Positions 52,600-64,000 of a DNA stretch of 64,000 nucleotides are shown piece after piece (positions within the stretch are counted from its first letter, which is position 1; the number at the start of each line of letters is the position of its first letter). Origin of the DNA: Octopus sinensis. Lineage: Eukaryota. A model generated the notes under the pieces. It had not been told where the DNA came from and did not search any database. It saw only the letters and a list, made by a program, of their open reading frames with translations. Location: NCBI RefSeq assembly GCF_006345805.1, contig NC_042998.1, positions 112,468,001-112,532,000 of the forward strand, written 5' to 3'. The position numbers were made by a program, and so were the translations under genes.

Positions 52600-53153
52600 G
52601 CCCTGATGCAGTACCAGGCAGTGGCTCTCATGGCTTCTGATCTTAACTGATTGGAAGTGTTATCATGTACATTGTTTTGTCTTGGTATAAAAGATGGGCT
52701 ACAGCAAATATTCTGCTCAATACCACAGATTTGCTTGTCAGTTGTTTGACCTTAACCAGTTGAGCATGTCCCTTAGTGGCTGACGATATGTGCATCTCTG
52801 ATCATGAGCAGAAGTAGTGGGGGAGCATCATAGCCATGTGTTGAGAAGGATTCTTTGGGGTTTGAATAATTCACCTCTGGAAACATGGGCGTTTCGTTCA
52901 ACGTCCTTAAACAACCCTTATTCAGGGGCCTTTTGAGCGGGATGGGTTACTCGATCTGAATAAAATTCTAACTGGGCTCCACCTGCAAGGTCATGTGCTG
53001 TTTATCTTGATATGAGATCACCATGTCGCGCACATATGGTTGTGATGCATGTGCCTGGTGTACCTTTATCAGACGGGTAGTCATGATGGGTATATTGGGC
53101 TTCGTATATTTTACCCCAGTGTCACTTTGATGGCATGAACTGCTCTCTCACTC

Positions 53154-53154
<1 letters not shown>
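52598..53154. mobile_element. 557-bp non-coding interspersed unit bracketed by (TAA)n arrays
   Basis: Sharp (AAT)n boundaries on both sides; no ORF or Pol III boxes recognised. Confidence 0.5.
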
Positions 53155-53214
<60 letters not shown>

Positions 53215-53216
<2 letters not shown>

Positions 53217-53634
53217 GCAATTATAAAGATCTTGAAATAGAAATCAGCAAAATGTGGAACCTGAAGACTAAAACAATACCTGTTGTCATAGGTGCCCTGG
53301 GAATGATAGCAAAAGGGGCTGATAGCTACCTAACTCAGATACCAGGAAACCCAAAAATGGCAGAAATTCAAAAGATAGTGCTCATGGGAACTGCTCATAT
53401 CCTACGCAAAATACTTTCTATGTAATCTCAAGGTTTAAAACAAACATAATTTTCGGTTTAAAAAAAAATTTTTTTTTTAGACATTCATTAGTACAACACC
53501 CCCCCCCCCCCCAAAAAAAAATATATGGCACACTAGGCATAACAACAACATGAACTTCCAACCTGTTGTTTTTTGAGGTCTCTGAGTGAGACTTGGAGCC
53601 AACTTGTACAAATATAAAGCAAAAGTCAAACATA

Positions 53635-53635
<1 letters not shown>
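53215..53635 (+). mobile_element. R4/Dong-like RLE retrotransposon 3' end in (TAA)n
   Basis: YKDLEIEISKMWNLKTKTIPVVIGALGMI..EIQKIVLMGTAHILRKILSM* (stop at 53425), 3' UTR, (AAT)n tail. Confidence 0.9.
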
Positions 53636-53700
<65 letters not shown>

Positions 53701-53734
53701 TGATAATAATAAAATAATAATAATGATAATGATG

Positions 53735-53801
<67 letters not shown>

Positions 53802-53807
53802 CACTAA

Positions 53808-53985
53808 CGGTTTCAAATTTTGGCACAAGGCCAGTAATTTCGGGGAGGGGATAAATCGATTAGATCGACCCTAATACACAAGCTGGTACTTATTTAACAG
53901 CCCCGAAAGGATGAACGGCAAAGTCGACCACGGTGGAATTTGAACTCAGAACGTAAAAACGGACGAAATGCCGCTAAGCATTTTA
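53808..53985 (-). mobile_element. SINE family A
   Basis: CCCCGAAAGGATGAACGGCAAAGTCGACCACGGTGGAATTTGAACTCAG. Confidence 0.85.
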
Positions 53986-54120
53986 AACAATCCTAGATTC
54001 AGTTTTTGTCCACTATTTGCATATATAACCCCAGTTAAGCAAAGTTTTTCATTTCGCTTCAGTTGTACAGTACGTGCAAGTGCATATGTTTGTATATGTT
54101 ATTACATGTTGTAATTCTAG

Positions 54121-54330
54121 ATAAGTAGATTAAGTGGTAAAGTACCTTATCCAGAAAGAGAAAACTACATGATAGTGCATCAGAGAATGGATGAATGTCA
54201 CAACACCTTGGCTAATGCAGCCACTATTGATATTGGTCGAATTTTGTCTCTTGTAGGAATGCTTACTGAGTCGTTCGCTCTGATGGAAAGAGCACTCAAG
54301 TCCCCTCGAAACACACACACAACCGTTTGA
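54121..54330 (+). CDS. candidate terminal exon with a TPR-like helix pair
   Basis: Acceptor ..ATGTTGTAATTCTAG; ISRLSGKVPYPERENYMIVHQRMDECHNTLANAATIDIGRILSLVGMLTESFALMERALKSPRNTHTTV*. Confidence 0.3.
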   Translation: MSRLSGKVPYPERENYMIVHQRMDECHNTLANAATIDIGRILSLVGMLTESFALMERALKSPRNTHTTV

Positions 54331-54551
54331 AAAAGTGAAGGACACGCGGCTGGAATACCTTTCATCGTGAGTTTTCGCGATCAACTCTAATCTGAAGCTA
54401 AACAACAGCGATAGTACAGTGAGTATGATAGTGAAGAAAATAATACAATGAGGTGATAACAACGAAGAAGCTGATGGATGGGAATGATGAACAGAAGGAC
54501 AATATCCATTGCATTATTATAACGTTGCGTTATTATATCATAACGATGAAG

Positions 54552-54740
54552 TGGCGAGCCGGCGGAATTGTTAGCGCGTCGGACAAAGTGATTGACCGCA
54601 TTTCTTTCGGCTCTTAACTTTGCTAAGCTCAAATTCTGCCGAGGTCAACTTAGTCTTTAATTTCAGTACCATCAATCACGGGAATCGATGTAATCGACTT
54701 CCTACTCTTAATATTACTGGCCTTCTGCCGAAATTTGGAA
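54552..54740 (+). mobile_element. SINE family A, degenerate
   Basis: GGCGAGCCGGCGGAATTGTTAGC..CTCAAATTCTGCCGAGGTCAACTT. Confidence 0.7.
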
Positions 54741-55006
54741 GAATTATATCTTAATGATGTAATAATCACTACGCTATCATATCGTTACGTTATAATAATC
54801 GCAACGATAATTGTAATGATTAATTTATAACGATGATGGTACTGTTGTTATCGTGGCTGTTGCTGCTGCTAGTGCTGCTACTGTTGTTTAACCCTTATCA
54901 GCCCCTAATCAAACAGACCTACCCATGATCAAAGCCGTTTTAGTTTTTATGCGACCATTCAGTCTTTTTTCTTTACTGCGCTTTCCAATATGTTGTACCT
55001 TCAGTA

Positions 55007-55384
55007 GTGGAGGCGCAATGGCCCAGTGGTTAGGGCAGCGGACTCGCGGTCATAGGATCGCGGTTTCGATTCCCAGACCGGGCGTTGTGAGTGTTTATTG
55101 AGCGAAAACACCTAAAGCTCCACGAGGCTCCGGCAGGGATGGTGGTGATCCCTGATGTACTCTTTCCCCACAACTTTCTCTCACTCTTACTTCCTGTTTC
55201 TGTTGTACCTGTATTTCAAGGGGCCGGCCTTGTCACTCTCTGTGTCACGCTGAATATCCCCGAGAACTACGTTAAGGGTACACGTGTCTGTGGAGTGCTC
55301 AGCCACTTACACGTTAATTTCACGAGCAGGCTGTTCCGTTGATTCGGATCAACCGGAACCCTCATCGTCGTAACCGACGGAGTG
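55007..55384 (+). mobile_element. tRNA-derived SINE, family C, full length
   Basis: Head GGAGGCGCAATGGCCCAGTGGTTAGGGCAGCGGACTCGCGG..GGTTTCGATTCCC; tail CGTCGTAACCGACGGAGTG. Confidence 0.9.
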
Positions 55385-55811
55385 ATTCTTCTTCACCTTC
55401 AGTGAAGATGGCAGGACATCATTTGAAAGAGGTTAGCTGTTATTTCTTGCACATGAATAAAAACGCTGTTATCGTTGTTGCTGTGGCTGTTGCTTTCTTT
55501 AGCAGCAAGTTAGCCATGACTAAACACATCTATAATAAAAAAAAAACGTTACGGTCATAGAGTATTGCATTCCTTGGACTTCATTATCTGATATATATCT
55601 TCCATTAGGCTGTTATTTCTAAAATGTCCAACGACAACATAGAGGCTTACAAATTGACCTCATTGACGATTAAGGCGACGAAGATGAATGATAATGGCGG
55701 CTATGACTTTTGCGTTAAAACAAAAAAAAAAAATATCCTCGGAGCGTAACAAAAAGTTAAAAAGTAAAAAAATACAACTTAAAAAAATATGAAAGCATTC
55801 TCTCCTAAAAC

Positions 55812-55864
<53 letters not shown>

Positions 55865-56213
55865 CAGATAGATGAGATTAGATGTTATTCTTTTCATCAA
55901 TATGGCGTTAGCGAGCAGATGTGGAGGTTGAGCAGAGTAATGGTGCCTTAAGATAAACTTTCTTACTGTATCACATCTGTGAGGCACAATACCTTCTCTG
56001 TAGTTGAAGGATTTCTTTGCAAACAATGGTTGCTTGTCAAGGCGAACATTAGACTCTGTTGCCTATAGTCCAGAGAGCAGTAACTCTGGTTGTTTACGTG
56101 TATGTATAAGTGTGTATGTGAGTTATGTATGAGTCTCTCTACGCGTGAACGTGTATGCATGTGTGCGTGTGTGTATGTGAGTGTCTGTGCATACATACAG
56201 GCATACACAGACA

Positions 56214-56333
<120 letters not shown>

Positions 56334-56419
56334 TAGATAAATGGTACAAGGCACCGTCGCATATATGAGTATATATAGTTACAAATATATTGAACATATA
56401 TATATGTGTGTATGTGTGC

Positions 56420-56485
<66 letters not shown>

Positions 56486-56627
56486 ACAAATATATGTATA
56501 TATGGGGGATGTGGAGTTTATATATATATATACACGCATTCACACACACAGACACATATACACATATACTTTTTGTACATGAGTCTGCAAGAAAATATCT
56601 AAAACATACAAATATTGTTGTGGAGTT

Positions 56628-56898
<271 letters not shown>

Positions 56899-58320
56899 AC
56901 TCAACAGATTGTAGTTAGTACTCTAATACTCTTAGATACTTATAACTCACTCCTCCTTTCAATGATTTTATTGTCTGGCCATCTGTTAATTTGATACCTT
57001 CGCTGTCGACTACCTGTCCCCTTCTTATGACTAATATTGTACACTTATCTATGCCAAATTTCATGCCTATATCTTTGCTGAAGAGACTTCAGTCTGTATT
57101 AAGGAAGCTATCTCTTTTTTCTTCTTACTAAAAAGCTTCAGATCATCCATGCAAACAAATGGTTGATTTTTTCCTTTACTATTTCTGAACTGATATCCTG
57201 CCTTAGTCTTCCTTGATACTAAACTGAGGGAGATCAAACATAAGACAAATATTAAAGGGGACAACGAGTCCCCCGGAAAAGTCTTCTTTTGGTATTAACT
57301 TTCCCTAAGAGTGGGTCACCTGAGTAGAGATCTACTTCCCATTTCTCCATGCTAAAGCTACTTAATTCTCTTATGTTGTCTGTTATACTGAATATACTCA
57401 GGCATTCACTTATCTATGAGTGTTGGATCATATCATAGGCTTTCCTATAATCTATCCATGCTATTGTTAGATTTTTCTTTCCAGCTTTTACTTCATTTAG
57501 AAATACTTTGTCTACATATAATAGATCATGCGTTCCTCTAACCCTCTTCCTGCAACCTTCTTCTGGTTGTCAAGGTGCTTGTAAATGCTTTGTGAAAATA
57601 TTCCTGTTAACAGCTTCTGCGCTGATGGTAAGCAAGTGATTGATCTATAGTTGCTAGCTGTATTACTCTTGCTCTTATCTTTCATGAGTATTGTCCTCCC
57701 TCTAGTCACCGAATCTGGAATTATTCTTCCATTAAGGCTATCCTGAAGTTGTTCCCTCAGCCTCCCATATAAACTATTAAATTTCTTTAGCCAGTACCTT
57801 TGAACTAAATCCGGTCCTGAGCCCTTGCAATTCAGCATTTTCCCTAAAACTTTACTCATTGATACACTAGTTAATCTTAGATTTGGCTGCTCATCACTTA
57901 CTACGTCTTCCCTCGGTTTTTGTAATCATACTGTACCTCCATTATGATTGACTGGTTTATCCCAAATATTACTCTAGATCTTTCGAGCTTCCTCTGCATT
58001 AGGTTTCTCATCTTCAGTACTTCAATCTCCACTATTTATATGGTAATAAAATCTCCTCTGGTCTGTCTCAAATAATCTATTCTGTTGATATCTGGAGAGC
58101 TTGCCTGTTTCTTCTATGATACGCTGTTTCAACTCTTCTATTATTGTCCCAAATCATTTCTCTTTGACTAAGTATCTTTCTGCGAAGTAAGATTTGCACC
58201 TTGTGTTTCCTAACTTGTTTGTTTGCCAGACTTCTATTCTACTCAGATCTTGTCTTAAAGTCTTCATTTTATTTTGTAGTCTCCTTTACCACATCTCCTG
58301 GTGACTCCTACCCTTCCTGC
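56899..58320 (-). mobile_element. R4/Dong-like reverse transcriptase fragment between (TTA)n arrays
   Basis: GPDLVQRYWLKKF..NYRSITCLP..AWIDYRKAYDMI..GDSLSPLIFVLCL..CMDDLKLF..GMKFGIDKC..YKYL with stops and frameshifts. Confidence 0.92.
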
Positions 58321-58341
58321 ATATTATTATTATTATTATTA

Positions 58342-58411
<70 letters not shown>

Positions 58412-58693
58412 CATTATTATTATTATTATTATTAAATGCTTAATGTCATTTGTTATGGCTCTTACTTTCTGATTTCAAGTGCTACTAAGCTTTATTTTGC
58501 CGTTCATACTATCGGGATCGCTAAAATAAGTACCAGATCAAAGTCATTGTAATCGACTGGTCACCTCCTGATAAATTTCAGGCTGAGTGCTAAAAATTAG
58601 CAATAATTATTGTTATGTAGTTATTATTAGTAATTCCAGTGTTACATTAACTAAACTATCTTTCCGTTGGACCATTGTATAAGTGACTGATTA

Positions 58694-60385
58694 CATTGTA
58701 TAACAATAAAAAAACGAACGGAACCGAGAAAAACCCTTTTCTAGGGGTATTTTGTGTGTAGATCACGAATATAACATCCCTTTCTTTCTGTGACCCTCCA
58801 GTTTCTCCTAAATTTCCATCTTACTTACGTTAAATACACTGATGCTTCCGTAAGACTTGAGTGCAAATAGGATTTGGCCGAAACTGACAACTCTAAAAGT
58901 TATGAACGGATTTTGATATGATTTTAATGGAGTGTTTCTAAGGTAGTTTTGAATCTAACCTACGGAAATTATAAAAGTACACTCAATAATTTTATAGTTA
59001 TATGGGTCCAAATCCGTGGTAAATCTAACAAGAAACCACCTCATCACCCAACCTGAACTCGATGATCTACTAAACATTAGAGTGAAGTCCTGGCCTCACA
59101 TCTGCACAGAGGAACCTGTTGGATAAAGATGTTCGAATTACAGTATTTAGCAGATCTACAGCAATTCTTCACTATTCAATCCCCTTGAGCTGACCTATGA
59201 ACCAAATGAGTGAAGGTTATTCATAGATGCATCCCTTTACGGCATAAAAGTGGTTCTGTTGCACATTGGGAACAGCATGCCTTCAGTTCCAATTGCTCAT
59301 TCAGTCATTTTAAGAGAGACATATGAGAATTTCGCTTTTATTCTAGACTGCACGAGTTACAAGGAGCATGAGTGGCTAATTTGTGCGGACTTGAAAATAG
59401 TAACCCTATTTAATGGACAACAAACTAGATACACCAAGTTTATGTGCTTCCTTTGCAAGTGGGACAGTAAGGCCAGATCAGAACATTATGTATGCCCAGA
59501 ATGGCCACCCCGGGAAACTATGACGCCTGGATGCTATAATGTAAATCATGAGCCACTACTTAAGAAGAAAATCATTTTGCCACCACTGCATATAAAACTA
59601 GGCCTAATAAAGCAATTTACCAAAGCACTGCAACATGTTTCCTGTGCCTCAAGACGATCTTCCCAGAAATAAGTGATGCCAAGATTAAAGACGGTATATT
59701 CGTAGGCCCTCAGATTCGCCAACTTATAGCTGATGAGGACTTCGAGGCGACAATGGATGAAACTGATCTAGCGGCCTGGCATGCATTAAAAATGTATGCA
59801 AAGGATTTCTGGAAGAGTACTAAGTGACCCAGTGAGAGAGCATAATGGAGAGCCTAATCAAGTACTACCAAGATCTCGGATGCAATATGTCACTGAAGAT
59901 ACACTTTCTTCATACTCAACTGTCCTTCTTCCCAGAGAATAACGGAGATGTGAGTAATGAACAAGGAGAGTTGTTCTATCAAGATATAGCATCAATGAAA
60001 AACAGGTATAAATGAAAATGAAACCCAGCTACGATAATTGACTTCTGCTAGAATCTGAAGCGTGACACACGTGAGACATCTTATTAACGAAGAAGTAAAT
60101 ATTAAAATGTAGGCTAATACACTATATAATGCCAACATACCAATTCATTATATATTTATGAATTAATAACAATGGACATATTTAATTTGACTTTGGGAGC
60201 AAAATAAATTTATAGCATTGTGGAAATTGGTATAAATTGCGTAGTTATTAAGTCGGTAATTTACAAGAAAATATGATGTGATGATAAGTTTTTGTAATAA
60301 AATTCGAATTTAGCACAATCAACATCATAATAAAATGTTCATGAGAGATATATTTTTTCTTGACCCAGAAATTTGTTGTACAGTG
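58694..60385 (+). mobile_element. Chapaev3-like (CMC) DNA transposon, degenerate
   Basis: PHLITQPELDDL..WLICADLKIV..KFMCFLCKWDS..LPPLHIKLGLIKQF..EQGELFYQDI; termini CATTGTATAACAA/TTGTTGTACAGTG; 3-bp TTA on both sides; family name from recalled motifs. Confidence 0.75.
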
Positions 60386-60605
60386 TTATTTCACAGACAC
60401 ATGCACCCTTAAAACAATCAATAATCAAAAGTTTCAGCCAGTTAAGCCATCGTCGGACGCTGACAAAACAAGCCGAAACTTCGAAGTCCCTGTCAACAAT
60501 ATTCGTACATACACTTACACAACATCATACACACACACAGGTGATCACATAAGTGCAAAGCAAGGTATGAAAATAGTACTCCAATACCGAACATAGAATA
60601 ACATG

Positions 60606-60858
60606 CTTTTGTCGAAACTGCAAAATTATCACAAGACTTACCCAGAGTTTCAGGTTCCTGCTCGTCAGACAGTTGTGATGAAAACTGAATTGAAATTGTG
60701 ATAATATTTGTAATATAGTGTGATATGTATGTATATTGCATCACACTATATTACGTGAACTATCACAATTTTACTTCAGTTTTCATCACAACTGTCCGAC
60801 GAACGTGAAAGTGAAGCTCTGAGTAAGTCTTATGATAATTTTGCAGCTTTAATAAAAG
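60606..60858. repeat. imperfect foldback (about 110-120-bp arms, 15-nt loop)
   Basis: CTGCAAAATTATCA..GACAGTTGTGATGAAAACTGAA..TAATATAGTGTGAT and its reverse complement. Confidence 0.9.
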
Positions 60859-61167
60859 TAAATATATATACATACAAAAATGCATACATGCATACATACG
60901 AACACATAGAGACGCGTGTGCGCGCAGCGATACAGAATTTGTACTTGTGTATATGCGATTTCGCTTAATTTCAGTCCCCCGCTCCATTCCGTTCTTTTAA
61001 CACTCAACCATTGGAGAAGAACACATGTGGTGGAAACAGAAGTCAACCTTCCTGTTATAACAAGCTTAACTTGGAGATTATTTTACTGATAAACACAGAA
61101 AGAATTCACTTCAACTGTTTATTTATGTATTCATTTCTTTTAAAATTTTCATCTGACGACATATACA

Positions 61168-61209
<42 letters not shown>

Positions 61210-62094
61210 AATTCTGATATATATATATATACGTACATACGTACGTATGTATGGAAGTATATTTGTTTGTTTTGGTTGGTGTTTCTGCATAATCTTATCA
61301 GAATTGGTTTATTTCACTCAACCCACCTCATTTTCCGGTTCACCTTCTCATGCTTTCAACATTTAAAACCTATCGAAGAAAAGAATGAAGTGAACAGTTT
61401 AATAACAACGATCGCAACAACGGCTCGCCAAACAAGAATATTGCCAACATGCGTATATGATGCGGCTGTTATTATTGTAGATGGGTGTATATAAATAGAA
61501 AAACGCATATATATATATATGTGTCTGCTGACTATATATATACATATATATATATATATACATATATGTATGTGTGTGTGTGCGAGTGTGTATACAAACA
61601 AACACAAACACACACATATCGAGGTTCTTTGATTTTTTTTTGTTGTTTTGTTTTTAGCTTGTTTTTCCCTTCTTTCGCTGCTTACGCTATTTCAATCAGA
61701 ATAATTTTTTTTTTTACCTATCATATGAAGCAATACGATACTAGAATATTAGAATTCGTTATCAAAGTGTTCTTTCTTTCTCCTCCTTGTCCTCCTTCTT
61801 TTTCTTCTTCCTCTCTTTCTCTTCTCCTCCTCCTCCTTTGCTTATTTATGCTCCTTCTCCCCCCTCTCTTTTCTGTATCTTTAATTTTCTTCTCATTTCC
61901 TTCGAGATCACTCAAAATTTATAGCCATTGAAGTATGTACTGGTGCATGGAATTTATCAGATTTTGTTTTAGGAAATACCAGACTCTTTAACAAGATTCT
62001 AAGGCCTTAAGCCACCAGTTAATTACTTGTTATCAGCAAACAAAAATGAAAAAAATATCAGCGGACTTATAACGAGTAAATTGAGCATGCTTTG

Positions 62095-62099
62095 GCTGC

Positions 62100-62188
<89 letters not shown>

Positions 62189-62195
62189 CTGCTGT
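62095..62195. repeat. (GCT)n(GAT)n microsatellite
   Basis: Directly visible. Confidence 0.95.
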
Positions 62196-63036
62196 CGTCG
62201 TAGTCACCGTCATCCTTGTCGTCGACGTTCTTGTTTATTATCGTCGTTGATGTTGCGGTTTAAAAATTATGGTTTTCATAAATAACATCAATACTACTTG
62301 CATTGTAGTTTCCCAAAAGCTAGATGAGTGGTGTCATGAAGAAAATGATTACTTGACATTGCTGACGCCACTACAAATTATTCTTGTTTAAGGAATACTC
62401 GTTTGTAATCATACTGTTTGCTACAAAATAATCTAGTTCTTAACTCTTTCTACTTCAATAAAATATTCATTTTTTTATGGCAAGAGAGTCTCTAATCGTT
62501 TTCGCACGCAGCTGAAAAAGTAAGCTGTTTTAATATGCGCCATAAAAAATGATGTCCATGACGCCAGAAGTATAAAAGTGATTAAAAGCCTATAAAAACG
62601 ACTCTATAAAAATTGAACAGCTATGCAAAATAAAATACAATCTATAGAAATATTTTAATTATCGACTGAACACAGCTTCATATCAATGTCGTTGAGTTAT
62701 TTGAGGTGTTCTTCAAGTCCATCTGCTCTAGCAGATAAAGTCGTTAAGTTAGAGTAAGCATAGTTAATTCAGTAGCCATGAAAAATATAAAGAAAAATAT
62801 TTTGTATGGTAAGGAAAAGACAGTATTGGCTAATATTATCTTTTCCTCATCGCATAATTATATTCTGCCAACAAATATGCGCATTCTGTACAAGCAGTTT
62901 TGGTGGCATGTATTAAATTTCTTGTTATTTCTACTGCGAACGGTCAGTGCCTCTAGCATACAAAAAAGAAACTTAGCAGGAAACAGATTTAAAGGCCGTT
63001 AACTTGATTTAGAGAATAAGACCCAGACGTCCTTAC

Positions 63037-63171
63037 CAAGTCTGGCAGAGATGATACTGGTTTTAGAAATTCTGCAGTTGGCTTCATCATCAATGACGAC
63101 GATTCTTGAGAGAGTGTTGCCAAAGTGTATACTACTACAGCGCAGATTCTAAAACTGGAAGTCTTATACAT
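63037..63171 (-). CDS. candidate first coding exon with a signal-peptide-like N-terminus
   Basis: ATG at 63171; MYKTSSFRICAVVVYTLATLSQESSSLMMKPTAEFLKPVSSLPDL followed by donor TTG/GTAAGG (phase 0). Confidence 0.3.
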
Positions 63172-63685
63172 TGTCTTCGCCACCTTGGTTTCCGTCCAGA
63201 ATTCTCTCAGAAAGCAAAGTTTTGGGATTTTTTCTGTTTTGCTGCCACTTTTCAATTTCCTCAATTTTTATCCAATTTGATGTATTGATGTGGTTTTTGT
63301 ATGCTAATTATTGACATGAAATTCGTTTTCGCCATAAATTAATAAATAAATAGTTAATACTTCTAAGGTTTGCAAATTTTGGGTAATTTAATCAATCGAA
63401 AGCCCCCGACATATAGGTGCCTGTTTGCAGAGTAACAAGTCAAGCGTAAGCACTCTTCTGTTTACGAAAAGCAAAATTTGCTATTTACACTTTTTTTCGA
63501 ACTGGACTACAGCGGGCTTATAACGAGTAAATGTGTTGTTTATTCTTATTTTTTCTCATCAAATGCATATTGAATGTTCAAAACTACAAAATATGTATCG
63601 TTTACTCATTTTTGGTCATTTTTCGCTTAATAAATGCTTAAAACACGTGCTATTGTTACACTGTTAGCATTATTGTTTTATCGTC

Positions 63686-63980
63686 TAAGGCGGCGAGCTG
63701 GCAGAAACGTTTGCACGCCGGGCGAAATGCGTAGCCGTATTTCGTCTGCCGTTACGTTCTGAGTTCAAATTCCGCCGAGGTCGACTTTGCCTTTCATCCT
63801 TTCGGGGTCGATAAATTAAGTACCAGTTACGCACTGGGGTCGATATAATCGACTTAATCCGTTTGTCTGTCCTTGTTTTTCCTCTCTGTGTTTAACCCCT
63901 TGTGGGTAGTAAAGAAATAGATATTCCGCGAGGTCGATTTTGCCTTTCAACCTTTCGGGGTCAATATTTTAAGTACCAGC
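63686..63980 (+). mobile_element. SINE family A, full length, plus a partial tandem repeat of the body
   Basis: AAGGCGGCGAGCTGGCAGAAACG..GAAATAGATATTCCGCGAGGTCGATTTTGCCTTTC. Confidence 0.92.
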
Positions 63981-64000
63981 GGCGTACCTTAGTCTATGTA

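Noticed and set aside
55007-55082. tRNA-like sequence with A and B boxes (also the heads of SINE families A and B)
   Set aside because: No complete cloverleaf or acceptor stem, and it continues into a repeated SINE body, so it is a SINE head rather than a tRNA gene
58838-58890. CTGATGC..GCCGAAACTGAC
   Set aside because: A9 is missing, there is no stem III or NUH triplet, and it lies inside the Chapaev3-like element
62058-63535. Direct repeat CAGCGG(A/G)CTTATAACGAGTAAAT about 1.45 kb apart
   Set aside because: Only about 24 bp, with no LTR or TIR structure or coding evidence for an element between the copies

Overview
This is an AT-rich eukaryotic genomic window with one 100-N assembly gap, very dense microsatellites and many transposon remnants. 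The SINE families and repeat landscape look like an octopus or other coleoid cephalopod genome; that is inference from memory, not a database result. Most ORFs in the supplied track are translations of microsatellites. Supportable features: (1) about 30 tRNA-derived SINE copies in three families. (2) LINE fragments: CR1-like RT, RTE-like endonuclease, Tx1/L1-like ORF1, and two different RLE-type (R4/Dong-like) elements tied to (TAA)n or (CATA)n arrays. (3) DNA transposons: hAT MITEs with 8-bp TSDs, mariner DD34D-type, maT DD37D, two Tigger/pogo, Chapaev3-like with TTA TSD, and Helitron/Helentron-like non-autonomous elements. (4) Two long foldbacks and a 71-bp double-hairpin minisatellite. The most interesting signal is a set of type I hammerhead-ribozyme-like motifs of the kind carried by Penelope-like retroelements. 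They include a head-to-head pair in a near-perfect palindrome (6847-6983), a three-copy ~210-bp unit always embedded in (TA)n with a variant CCGACGA core, a single motif with a 57-nt stem II (50832-50917), and several decayed relatives. No host gene could be identified; a few candidate exons are listed at low confidence. All coordinates were counted by hand, and SINE/LINE ends are approximate.
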